Assembly: GCA_951406725.2 (NCBI GenBank)
Contig: OX597814.1
Coordinates: 144,646,001 to 144,710,000 of the forward strand
Length of the DNA stretch: 64,000 bases
Origin: Octopus vulgaris
Taxonomy: Eukaryota
Reading direction: 5' to 3'
Position numbers and translations under genes: made by a program
Part shown: positions 1 through 12,378 of the stretch, one piece after another
How the letters are laid out: every line of letters starts with the position of its first letter
Position numbering within the stretch: the stretch's first letter is position 1
The notes under the pieces: model-generated
Told to the model about the DNA's origin: nothing
Database searches by the model: none
The model's input: only the letters and a program-made list of their open reading frames with translations

Positions 1-2146
1 TTAGAAGGTCATGCAGCCAATAGAAACCATGCCAAAGCAGACAATTGAGGCCTAGTGCAGCTCTCTGGCTGGCTATTTCCTGCTAAACTGCCCAACCCAT
101 GCCAGCATGAAAATTGGATGTTAACTGATGATGATGGTCAGTAAATTAGTAATCAGTAAATATTTATAAATGTTTTCAGTGTTGTACTTTTGATCCATTA
201 ATTGTTTGATTTGAAGAAGGGCCCTGTCCAAAATATGTTCATTCACCTCCATGGCACATGAACTTGTCTTTAAAAGAAAAAAAAATTATAAGCTGTTTCT
301 CAGATTTCCATCAATTATCCATTGATAATTAATAAAGTCTTTCATAACTATTCATAATTTGCCATCGCTTTGAACCTGAATGATATAACTGCATGGGGGA
401 ATAGGATTTAGATTAGAGGGAATTTTCGTTTTTAATTTACAAAACTTCATTACCTCTTAATGTGTAGTTTTCAATGAATGATAGAAGCTGTGCAATTGTA
501 GTGTCATGTAACTCGATCAATAGCCTGTTCTTATTTAATTCTTGCTTAAAAGAAAGTGTCTCACTGAGAATAATTACTCTCAGTTGTTACTTGATTTGTT
601 TTAAATTTTGGTATCTAGTAACAGGTTGAGATAGTTCATATTTTTAGTTTAAGAATTGGAATAGTATGGAATGGAATTGTTTTGTCCCAAGTCAGCTCTG
701 ATTAAGCAGACATTTAATTAAAAGCATTGAAGCTATAACCATGCTATCTCTTTGTATATTGAGGACTACATTGTGCAATGTAGCCTTCCTCTTTTTAAGA
801 TAGTAGGGTGAGTTTAAGGGGGTTTTGACTTATTTCTAGCAAGTAATGTGATTACATAAAGGCAACCTTGTTCACATTATAATTATTATTTTTAAAGTGG
901 TAGTCTACAATTCTCCTTTCTATTTCTAAACAATCTTGTCCAGTCAGGAATAATTGTGTGTTCTGATGTTGAAACAAGTCTGAGCAAGTTGTGGTAGTTT
1001 TCAATGGCTGTTAATTAAGCTTTTTATCATGTGAGGTTTGTTTGATGTTGAAAATTGATGGGAATAAACAAGCTGTTAATGCTGTCAACATCTTTTGTAA
1101 ATTGGTTGTATATGTAATGTGATGATTTGTATTCAATGATTTCATGTGGCAACTACTAAGCCATGTATGTTACATCATATTGACCATCACATGGGTTGTT
1201 ACCAACTTAATCCTTTAGCATTCAGATTTTTCTCTCGAATGTAATACTCATTCATTCACATTGTTTTAAATTAATCCTGCATTATCCCATAGCTTTGGTA
1301 TTTAGGTGATGTGGTTGTTTGTTTTTATAATGACACTGTAGGGTAGGTGTGAGAAGCCAGATCAGCTAAGTTTGAACATAAAACAAGAAGAATATTTGGG
1401 CCAGATTTGGCTGGGTTGTTAGAAGCTGTATGGTTTTGTATAAACTGATCAACAGCCAGTTCTTAATATTATATAAAGTAAAAATGACATTGTAGACAGT
1501 AAGAGTAGGGATACTGTTGTGAAGTTGTAGCTATCAGCAGAGAAATGCAGGAGAGAGCTAATATGTGCCAATCCTTCAACAGTTACACTAAATCCCGGAT
1601 GTGATTATCCTTTATTTTTTACTTGTTTTAGTCAGATCGTGGCCATGCTTGGGCACTGCCTTGAAGAATTTTTAGTCAAATGAATCAACCCCAGTATTTT
1701 CTTTTGTTTTTGTAAGCCTGGTTCTTATTCTATTGATCTCATTTGCCGAACTGCTAAGTTATGGGGGACATAAACACACTGACACTGGTTAAGTGGTGGT
1801 GAGGAGACAAACATAAGCACAAACACGCACACACACCCACATATATATGCATCCATATATATGACAGGCTTCTTTCAGTTTCCATCTTTCCAAATCCATT
1901 TACAAGGATTTGGTCAGCCTGAGGCTATAATAGATGACACTTGCCCAAGGTACCACACAATGGGACAACCTAGAACTAAATGGTTGGGAAGCAAGCCATA
2001 CCTGCACCTATGTCTTCTTGCCACACTGCCATACCTGGGATTTTATTCTGCTTAGATATCTTCTCTTCACCTAAATGTTTTTGCAGTGTAGGAAGGCTAC
2101 ATTTGACTTAATTACAAAATAATTGAAGCTTGTTTTTTCATTTCAG

Positions 2147-2251
2147 GTACCTTCAGCAGAATTAGCCAAACTTAAGATTGAAATTTCTGAACTTGAAAAA
2201 CAAGAGAAGGAATTCCTTGAAAAAGAAGAAGCTCTTAAGAAAAAGGAAAAA
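2147..2251 (+). CDS. CDC37: CDC37 exon (VPSAELAKLK...LKKKEK)
   Basis: tttcag|GTA...AAA|gtatgt; 105 bp, coiled-coil segment preceding PWNVD. Confidence 0.88.
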
Positions 2252-5200
2252 GTATGTAAACTATGAATTGGATCTGTTTGTGAAGCATGTCATTAAATTA
2301 TTTTCCAGCAAACTTATGAATTAACTGTTAACATAATGTAGCATATTAAATATTTTTGTTATTTCAGAAGATTTCTGTTAAATTGACACACTTTAATTAA
2401 ATATTAGACATAATAAGCATTAATCTGTGTGAAATTAAGTCTTGAGTAAAGCACTTCATTTCACATTGCTCCAGTCCACTCATCATCCTTGTCCTCATTT
2501 AACGTCTGTGTTCCATTCTAACATGGTATCACAAGAGCCGGTCAGGCCGAAGCCTGTACCAAACTTCTGTAACTGTTTTGGCAGGATTTTTACAGCTGGA
2601 TACCATTCTTCACTAACCATTCAGCAGAGTGGACTTGGTGCTTTTTATGTGGCACAAGCACAGGTGAGGTGAGTAGTGCTTTGAGTAATCCTGCAGCAGA
2701 CTGGTGCCCTGTCCAGGGAGGAATATATATGCCAGAAAAACTGGAAAATTGGCCCTATGTTCATTACAGAGTAATGTGGACTAACTAGTATAAGAATATA
2801 AGACAAAAAAAGGAACAAAATCATTGACAGAACTCAAATGCTTTATAGCTTTTGGTAACAGAAATACCACTTTAGTATATGCCATTCTATTTCCACATTT
2901 TCAACTGTTTTTATTGTATTTCTACACTGCTGCATATGTAGTTTGAGTTAAATGTAACCCACAAACTAGTGTTTAGAAAATTTAGTTTGTTTACAATTAA
3001 GCCAAACTACTTGTTAATGTTTAGCCTCAGAGCAGCCTTGGTCCAACAGACATATAATCAAAGGCGTTCCAGACCGTTTTTTGTTTCAGTGTTTTTTCTT
3101 TTTCATAGTGACTTAGGTTGGGTAAGGTTTCTTGAGACAATATTCTATACCTAGATGCTTTTCTTGATACCAACTAATTTGTAATAGAAGCAACAATTAC
3201 AGTTAAGTAGCATTTTGCCTTGCAGATGGAAAACTCCTTGCAATATATATTTACTTTAGGGCAGCGTGCTGGCAGAAACGTTAGCATGCCTGTCTTTACA
3301 TTCCGAGTTCAAATTCCGCCGAGATTGACTTTGCCTTTTATCCCTTCAGGGTCAATAAATTAAGTACCAGTTGCATACTGGGTCATTCTAATCAACTGGC
3401 CCCCTTCCCCAAAATTTAGGGCCTTGTTTCTAGAGTAGAAAAGAATATTTCTTTACCTTTTTTAAAATTTATTATTGTACATGACTCCAAAGTTAGGAGT
3501 GATTTCCATTAAAAATTACTGATTGTACGTAGTAATTAGCAATAAAGCAACTTGTTTGGAGTTAGAAAAGGAAAGAAAAAGCTAATGAGAAGCTGCCTTA
3601 AAAATCATGAAACAGTCGATGCAAGATTTAAAAGAATTATAATTGAATTTATCTGGGGGAAAACATCGAGAAAAATGTTTGTGGTGTGGGGGATTACTAG
3701 AGTAGAAACACTACTTACAAGAGGAGACAACAGCAGTCATAGGACAAGAACTAGCATAAGATGAGTGACTTGAGAAGTAAGTTGCCTTATAAGGCAGTAA
3801 AGGACAGTTTTGCCAGACAACTATAGACTTCAGGGATATTTAGATATTTTCAAGGTATGTTTTGTAGTTTTTAAAAAATTATTTTTTATTGTGAAAATTA
3901 TAGGACTGTATTAAAGGAATATGATTTTAGTCAAATTATGATTTAATACTTGAATAGTGATTGAATTTGACCAAGTTTCATGTTCCAATTTTCTTGAAAT
4001 AGTATGTTTATACAGTAGTGTATTGTATATTAAGTAATTTTGCAAAAAGAATTTAGAAAAATAAATCTGCTGAGGTACAGTATATTTTTTTGAAGTTTAG
4101 TTTAAGTTTATTAATTTAATATACTTACATTTTCTTTTCTTTTCCAGCTTACTCCTTGGAATGTTGATACCTTGTGCCATGATAAATCTTCTAAAACTGT
4201 AAGTTCTCTTGAAAATACAATCATATTCATTTACTGGTTTCTTTCTTTGAAGTGTAAAACCTTCAAAGTCAATTATAGTCTGCTGTAATTATTTTACCAG
4301 TCTGTCAAATACTTAACCTATCTCAATGTCAGGGGGGACTTGAGTCAGACAAAAGTATCACAAAATGTTTGTTGTTTAATGTACAGATTTTTTTTTTGCG
4401 CATTCCCTCTCAGCAATACATATTTATTCTTTTACAAGAATAGTGTCAGCAATAACTTGGAAGTTTCTGCCTACTTAGCCTTCATTGAACAGTCTGATAG
4501 AAGTCATTGTCAATACTTGTAAAGAATAATAATCTACCTTACAAAACAGTATTGAGTAATTCTCCAGTTAAATATAAAATAGTTTTTATTAAATTTTGTA
4601 ATGAAAACAAGCATATATATATATATATATATATATAATGTGTGTGTGTGCATACACATACACACACGTACGCATGTATGTAATATATATATATATATAT
4701 ATAAAGTTCAAGAAGGGAAGTTGCAGTATCATATTTATTCCTTTATTAGGGTTGTTTCAGTAATACATGGCTCAGATACATCATGAATATAAATGTGTGG
4801 ATACAGCTTGGCTTTATAAACCCCATTTTATCAGGCTTATGCCCAGTTTCCATCTAATTTTTCTCAAGTCATCGATCAACTTGAGACAGTTTAGGAGGTA
4901 CTTGCCTAAGGTGCCATACATTGGGATTGAACCTACAACCACATGGTTGTTAAATGAAGTATTAACTACATAGCTATGCTTGTGGCAATTAAAATTTTGA
5001 AATTAAGAATTTGAAGAGATCTAGTAAAATAACTTTTTAAACTGGTGTCTATGACATAAAAAGGCCTTATATTAATTAGATTTTTTTAATAAAATTTAGT
5101 TGTGAATAATTTAAAATGGGGGAGACTTTGTATTAGGGAACTAGAGACTGTCCCTAGCGAGTCGATACCAATGCGGTTAAACATTTTAGATGTATACAAG

Positions 5201-8200
5201 TTGCTGTGAGCTGTTGATTCTATATAGATTCGAAAATTCATTTGATGAGACGCTAAATGCATAGGTCAGTGGTGTAGATTAAAGAAAGTCAACAATTTTG
5301 AATCTTGTTTTTGTCGATTAGTTAGAAGACAAAATGAAGTGATCTTTGCAGAGCCTCTATGATTAATGGTACCAATACATGGTGTTGCTGTAGAAAGTAG
5401 TATTGATTTAGCTTGATCAGAGGTTTAGTCAGAATGTTTGCGGCTAAGCAGAGTCCAGTACTAACAACTAAAGGCTAGGCAATGAGGTGTTAAACTGGGT
5501 GACATATTGGGTGCACATTTCAATTCTGTTTTAAATTTTCTGTTGAATAAAAATGTGAAACTATGTTTTCTTCTAACAGTTAATAAATGTAACTCAACCA
5601 AAAAGAGAAGAAATGACTGAAGAAGAAAAAACCAGAAGGCAAGTAAGTATATTTTAATTCTATTTTTCCTACGTCCTTTGGCCGAACTGAGACATTGGAA
5701 ACAATCTAAAAATTGCATTTAAAAATCAAAATAAGACAGTTATTTGAATCCAGAATTATACAAATTCTGAATTTCTAAAACGAGATGAAAACAGCTGGAG
5801 TTAAGAAAGAGATATATATATATATTCTCTTATTCTTTTACTTGTTTCAGTCATTTGACTGCAGCCATGCTGGATCACTTCCTTTCCTTGAGCAAATTGA
5901 ACCCAGGACTTATTCTTTGTAAGCCTAGTACTTATTCTATCGGACCCTTTTGCCAAACCACTGTTACAGGGATGTAAACACACCAGCATCAGTTGTCACG
6001 CTATGTTGGGGTGGGAGGGACAAACACAGACACACAAACATATACACACACATTCATCCATATATATAAGACAGGCTTCTTTCAGTTTCTTTATACCAAA
6101 TCCACTCACAAGTCTTTGGTTGGCCTGAGGCTATAGTAGAAGACACTTGTCCAATGTGCCATGCAGTGGCTCTGAACCCAGAACCATGTGGTTGGTAAGT
6201 AAGCTGCTTACCACACAGCCACTCCTGCGCCTATATATGATAAGAATTAAGTTTTAAAAAAATGGTCATTACATTTTTTCCTTTATTGGAGCAGATTTGG
6301 CTTACAGTTGTTTCCAGTAGTCATGAGTGTATTACTGATAGAATGAGATATGCAAAACAAGTTAAAAATAAGTTAAACCTGTGTAAAAACCAGTTTGTCT
6401 GAGCCCATCCATTGATTTACAATATAGAATTGGGATGAACCATAACCTTAGACTTTATCAAAAGATTATCTGGAGTTCTTTACTAATCTAAGTAATATTG
6501 TTAGCCTGGCATGCCAACAGAAAACTTATGAAGTATTTTACCTGGATTGATAATCCCTCACTATTTGTTATATCGTGATTGACCATGCTATTGGATGTTG
6601 TTATACATCACTGATCACAATGTGCTTTGCATTGTTTTAGGTTTCAAATGATGCTACCCTACTGGTTCGACGAGCAGACTAACATTTTCCCCTACTCTTG
6701 TAGGGTGATGCATTTACAGCTAAGTGGGTTGGAACTACGGGAAATGAAGTGTTTTGCTCAAGAACACAATGTCACCTGGTCCAGGAATGAAACCCATGAT
6801 TTAGCAATTGTTAGTGCAACACCATAACCACTAGGTCATGCACCTTTGCACACATGTTAATGTGTGTGTGGGTAGGTGGGCGTGGTTTCTACGACTGCAT
6901 GTCCTTCTTAACACCAGCTACTTTACAGTGTGCTGGGTGCTTTTTACAGTAGTATGTAAAAAGCACATGGCGCACTCTGTAAAGTGGCTGGTATTAGGAA
7001 GAGCAAAAAGCATCCAGCCATAAATTAGTCCTTATGTATATAAGGACTAATTTAAGATTGAATGAAGAGCATACATAAGTGTAGAGGCAATTTCAAAAGA
7101 GCATTCTCACCTCTCTTCTAAATCTGAGTAACCACATTGCTCTTCTATAGTGCTTTTGGCTCCCCCACCATTCTCTCATACTTCAATCCTTCATCTCCTT
7201 GTATAAAGTTACCCTCCTTCCCCTGCTAATGCAGGTGGCATGAAAAATAGCATCCTGTACATGTTGTAAAGTTATTGGCATTAGGAACCATATCAGAGCA
7301 GCTACTGGAACATGATGCAGCCCTTGGACTCGTGTAAAACTGTCCAATGCATGCCAAATAATATCCATTTGCCTTTATCCATCATATATTTTATTTATTA
7401 CTTTTCTTTCAGTTTAAATTGTGATTGTTTTTTTTCTTCTCTCTACTTTTAAGGAAATTTTCATAAAAGAACACAAAAAAGAAGTCGAAAAGTTTGGCAT
7501 GATTAAAAGACCTCAGGATAGTATGGAATATTTGTTGGAAAATAATCACTTGGTGTGTGAAGAAACAGCTAATTACTTGGTTATGTGGTGTATTGAGCTG
7601 GAGATGGAAGAGGTAAGAGTTTTGAGGTTTTAACTGGAGAGAAAAGAAATGTTCTCTCAGTGTAAAGATGTTCAGTTGAATCAAGTTTTAAAATGCAACT
7701 GAACATGTAGTTGGATTTAGTTTTAGTTCCTGGCTTCACATAGAAGGTAACTACAAATAGCTATTGTAAATACTGGAGCAAATGTTTTTATCTTAATGTC
7801 AGCTTTTTTTCCATGGGGCAAAATGCTAATTATTCATTGGCTGAATATGAACTGAATCAACTTCAGTTTGATTTATTTTATCAATGCAGAAAAATGAAAG
7901 GCAACTTTGGACTTGGTAGAGTAGAATTCAGAATCTAGAGCTTAGCTAAGCACTTTAGTCTGGCCTTCTACTATATCTGCTCTCTTTTTAGTCTTCTTTT
8001 AATATAAACAATTAGATTGAATGAGAATAGTAATGGCAATGTTTGTACCTTGAAGTTAATAATTTGTTTATATTATTACCATAACTGCTTAGAAATATAG
8101 AAACCAGACAATACTGCCTTGTGGTAAGATGTAATGATAATTAAGAAAAAATGTTAAAATTGCATCAAAATTTAACAGAAAGTCGAATAAATTCTTGTGA

Positions 8201-11200
8201 CAGAATTGAATTGTGTTGTTTTGGTCAGAGCTGTTATTTGGTATTCTAATTTCTCTGTCAAATATAATGTTTATTCATATTTTGAGTTAATCGCACATTA
8301 TCTTGTAGCTTCAAGATTTCAATGATGTGATTATTTTTAGAATGACATTTTAGAGTAGGTGTGATAGGCAGGATCTGGCCAGCTTGAACATAAAACGGGT
8401 AGAATATTTGGACCTGATATGGTAGTTTAAATGTGAAAGGATTAAACAATATAAAAAGCATAGAGAACTAACAAACCTTTTCTTTTGCAAGGTATTTTGG
8501 TACATTAATTGAAAGTTGGGTTGTCTGCTGCCTTCCTTTAGATTATATTAGATTGTTTTATAATACACTATATGTCTTGTGACATCTGAATTCTTTGAGA
8601 AGGGTTTAGAGTTATTGGTGAAATTTGATATTTTTTTCACAAATTTTTGGCTTCTAAGTCTGTTTTCTTTTCTTATTGTAGAAAAAAAATTTAATGGAAC
8701 ATGTTTCCCATCAGACAATTGTGATGCAATTTATTCTGGAACTTGCTAAACAGCTTGACCGTGATCCTAGAGACTGTGTAAGAACATTCTTTGGCAAGTA
8801 AGTAGGCTTTTCTTGATTTATTTATTATTGAGTCATTATTTTTACAGCCTTATGTTTTTCCTATCAATAACCTTTACCTGTTTTGTTGAAGTCCTTTGAG
8901 AGCAGAGCTACCAGACAATCCATAGCTCAGCAATTTTCATGTAAAGTACAGGATGTAAGCATATGTATGCACACACACACATGGTCTTTGTACAGTTTTC
9001 TGCTATAAAATTCATTCACTAAGCATAAGCCTGCCTGGTGCTGAAGTAAAAGACACAGAATAAGACTGAACCTGAAACCACATGGTAGCAAAGCAAGCTT
9101 CTTAACCATAGCCATACTAATACATTCTTGGTAAGCATCCATCTGATGCCCCCTCCCCCCACCTTCTCATTTATTTGTCACCCATTTCCCTCCTATTTCA
9201 TAGTACGTGTTTAATTTGAGATGGTACTGGATCTCTTTGATTATCTCAGCAAGTTATGATATTGGAATTGTGCCTGCTCTACACTTTTTTTTTCTCTCCC
9301 ACCAATATACCTATGAGGGAAAGCATTGGGTCTGTTTATATCTGGTATACGTTACCATCACCCTTTCTGTGCTGCCAGCTATCACTCCATTGTTCTGGCC
9401 ATTCATTGCTGATACCATCACTCTTGTTATTGCTCATCTATGTTGTCACCCACCATTTGATCTCTATTTTGCCAGCCTTATGCTGTCACTTTTTGCCTTC
9501 ATACCCTAACTCTAGTCCTTATGTCATTGTGCGCTACCTTCTCTTCATCATGGTTACGCTAGCTTGAATAAATGAAAATGCCACAAAGTTGAGAGTTGCT
9601 TAGTCTTGTCAAGCATGTGACAGTTTCTTTTCTGTCATGGCCCTGGTAAAATTCATCCAACACACTCAGTAGAGTGGTTGGTGTTAGGAATGGCATCCAA
9701 CTGTAGAAACTGTTATAAAGTAGATTATACAAATGAGATGTGGTCTCTTTGGCATGTTTTGGAAGGCTGTGGCTCCAAATGACCTGATTTGGCTCAAGAC
9801 AACCCATGCTAGCATGGAAAATGAATGTAAGATAATGACTTCAGTTGTTGAACAAATGTATCCTTTAGCTATAGGTTTCCATCAGATTGACCATTGGTTC
9901 ACTTCATTTCTGACAATGTCTTAATGCAGAACAAATAATGCAAAGAATTTTCAAAAAAGCACCAATTTTGTTGCTTGTGTACATCACATATATAAAAAAA
10001 AAAACATGGTATTCTGAAGTTTCTATTGACCAAATTTCATCCACAAGTATTGTCAACCTGAAGTTGTGGTAGAAGACTTCTGCCTAAGGTAGTTACAGAG
10101 CAAGCTACTTAATCACACATAAAAGGTCCAACCTATGTGAATCTTCTAATTTAGTAATTTGTTTCAATGAAGTGGTTAACAAGGGCAATCAAGTGATAAA
10201 AACATTTGCACCAAGAATTAAACCATCTTTTCTATGGAAATAAAAACTCATGCTACCTTATTTGTAAGACCCAATTGTCTAAAGCCAGATAAAAATCACT
10301 TCATCTCGAGTGTGTGTCTTGGAGATCCTTTTACTTCAACATCCATTCATTTGTATTAGCTAAGTACCAAGCCATGCTTATTGATGGCAGAAGCCAATTC
10401 TGATATTTTATCACTTCAACTACAAACTCCTGTACTTTTTTTATCAGTCTTGTGTATGTCTAAATTGATTATATTTTGATGTTGGCATTATATTTTCATA
10501 AATACTGAATATAGTCATAAATTGCAGTCAAGATATTAATTCCTGGATCAATCCTGATTGAGTAAATCTATCCCTGAAAGTGTATTTTGTATAATCTAAG
10601 ACTACTTTTTCTTTTTTTTTATTTTTTAAAACCATAGGATGACAAATCCCAATCCTGCTCAAGAGAAACAATACATGGCAGCTTTTGAAGATGAGTTAAA
10701 TGCTTTCAAGGGTAGGGTTCGTGCCCGAGCCAAAGAAAAACTGGAAGAAAGCATTAGGCAGATTGAAGAGGTATTTGACTCCTTTTAAAGCTTCTAATTC
10801 CACCTAGAAAAAGAAAAGTAATTTCATATGAATTGGATTGCCTGTGTTCAGTTCACTGCAGGGCAAGAGCCTCAGCATATTCTTTCCTCCAACTATAGTC
10901 CTATGTAGGGGCTATAAACTTGAGATCATACTGGTTTAATGAGGCTACTCTGGTTCCTGTGCCTATGGCACATAAAAAGCACCATCCTAATGCAGTCAAT
11001 GCCAGTGACCCCTAACTGGCTTTCATGCTGGTGGCACATAAAAAGCACCCGCTAGTCTTGGAGTTGTTGACATAAGGAAGGGCATCTAGCTGTAGAAACT
11101 TTACCAGATCAGATTGGAGCCTGGTGCAGCCTCTTGGCTTGCCAATCCTCAGTCAAACTGTCCAACCCATGCCAGCATGGAGAGTGGACGTTAAATAATG

Positions 11201-11746
11201 ATGACTCTACCACATTGGCTCAACATGGCCAGGCTGAGGGCTGCAGATTTTATACTCTTACCCAGGAGTACTTAAGTTGAATAAACCAATTCCAGTGCTG
11301 AAGTGGTACTTAAATATGATTTAACCTTTTCTATAATTAATTTTTGCACTTGTCTTGAGTGTTCATTTTCTTTTCATTTTTTTTTTACAGGAAGAGAGAC
11401 AAAAGAGATTAGGACCTGGTGGCTTGGATCCAGTTGAAGTGTTTGAGACTTTGCCTGATGTATGTAAACAATTTTTGTTGTGCTCTACAATTTGATGAAT
11501 TAAGTGTTCAAAACGTCATCTGATTTTCATTTATACCATTTCATATTTCTTTGGCAGGTATTGAAAGAATGCTTTGAACAGAAAGATATCCAAAAATTAA
11601 AAGACACAATTGTAACCCTGGAACCCAAAGATGCTGAATATCACATGAAACGCTGTATTGATTCTGGTTTATGGGTGCCTGAAGGTGGGGTCAACAAGAG
11701 TGAAGAGGAGGAAAGCAATGTAGAGGAAGCCAGTACTGTTGAATGA
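2147..11746 (+). CDS. CDC37: Hsp90 co-chaperone Cdc37, 5'-truncated by window edge (8 exons visible, 294 codons + stop)
   Basis: Exons 2147-2251, 4148-4198, 5580-5642, 7454-7612, 8682-8797, 10638-10770, 11391-11459, 11558-11746 are all AG/GT-bounded and in phase. Translation contains Cdc37 hallmarks PWNVDTL, HLVCEETANYLVMWCI, HQTIVMQFILELAK, RLGPGGLDPVEVFETLP and YHMKRCIDSGLWVP. The N-terminal DYS.WD.IE.SDDED part is not in the window. Confidence 0.96.
4148..4198 (+). CDS. CDC37: CDC37 exon (LTPWNVDTLCHDKSSKT)
   Basis: ttccag|...|gtaagt; conserved PWNVDT. Confidence 0.93.
5580..5642 (+). CDS. CDC37: CDC37 exon (LINVTQPKREEMTEEEKTRRQ)
   Basis: taacag|...|gtaagt; phase 0 at both ends. Confidence 0.85.
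5825..6230 (-). mobile_element. SINE family 1 copy (CpG-decayed)
   Basis: Homolog of 43221-43616. Confidence 0.8.
7454..7612 (+). CDS. CDC37: CDC37 exon (EIFIKEHKKE...CIELEMEE)
   Basis: tttaag|...|gtaaga; HLVCEETANYLV motif. Confidence 0.95.
8682..8797 (+). CDS. CDC37: CDC37 exon (KKNLMEHVSHQTIVMQFILELAK...)
   Basis: ttgtag|...|gtaagt. Confidence 0.95.
10638..10770 (+). CDS. CDC37: CDC37 exon (MTNPNPAQEKQYMAAFEDEL...IEE)
   Basis: ccatag|...|gtattt; phase matches previous exon. Confidence 0.93.
11391..11459 (+). CDS. CDC37: CDC37 exon (EERQKRLGPGGLDPVEVFETLPD)
   Basis: ttacag|...|gtatgt. Confidence 0.95.
11558..11746 (+). CDS. CDC37: CDC37 last coding exon (VLKECFEQKD...STVE*)
   Basis: tggcag|GTA...TGA; CIDSGLWVP motif. 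Confidence 0.95.
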   Translation, partial: VLKECFEQKDIQKLKDTIVTLEPKDAEYHMKRCIDSGLWVPEGGVNKSEEEESNVEEASTVE

Positions 11747-12066
11747 TTGACTAATTCTGAATTACTAACTTTGCCACTGGTATCCTCTTCCCCTTAAGAA
11801 GCCATGATACTGAATGAAACTGAAATCTCATGGCAGTGGTTACTCTCTCTCTCTTCACTCTCTACAAGAACAAAAAGAGATGGGAAGGGGTGGTGGTGTT
11901 TTCTGCTAACAATCCAAGTCAGTGTTGGGGAAGGAAGTATTTGACTTTTCAGATATTACTAGTTTGACTGAACTTTTCTCTGATTTCTCAACACCCAATT
12001 CTTCCTGGGGTGGGTAGATGGTGGATCATATTGGTTCAGCTACTTCTCTCTGAATTGGGTTGTGAA

Positions 12067-12095
12067 AATAAAAAAAAGTTTTGGAAAAAAATAAA
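12067..12095 (+). terminator. Candidate CDC37 polyadenylation signals
   Basis: AATAAA at 12067-12072 and 12090-12095, about 320-350 nt after the stop, followed by a T-rich tract. Confidence 0.5.
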
Positions 12096-12166
12096 AAATT
12101 TCAATGAGTAATTTGAGTTATGATAAAACACAAATTCAAGAGTTTTTTTTTTTTTTTTGGTCTTTA

Positions 12167-12378
12167 TTAAAGTGATGAATCTTTCTTTTTGTCTTTACTT
12201 TTCTTTTTATCCTTTTTGTCTTTCATTTTCTTTTTACCCTTTTTTTTGGGATGCTTAATTTTCAGTCCTTTTGTTTTCTTTATTAAAACATCATCATCCT
12301 CCTCATCATTACTCTTATTTCCTCCGTGATCTTCTAAGCAAATGTTGAATGCTTCTCCAGTTTTGAAATAGGATTTTA
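12167..12378 (-). CDS. PWP1: PWP1 exon 15, last coding exon with acidic and Lys-rich tail
   Basis: ttttcag|TA AAA TCC...; phase fits exon 14; TAA at 12169-12167. Confidence 0.82.
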
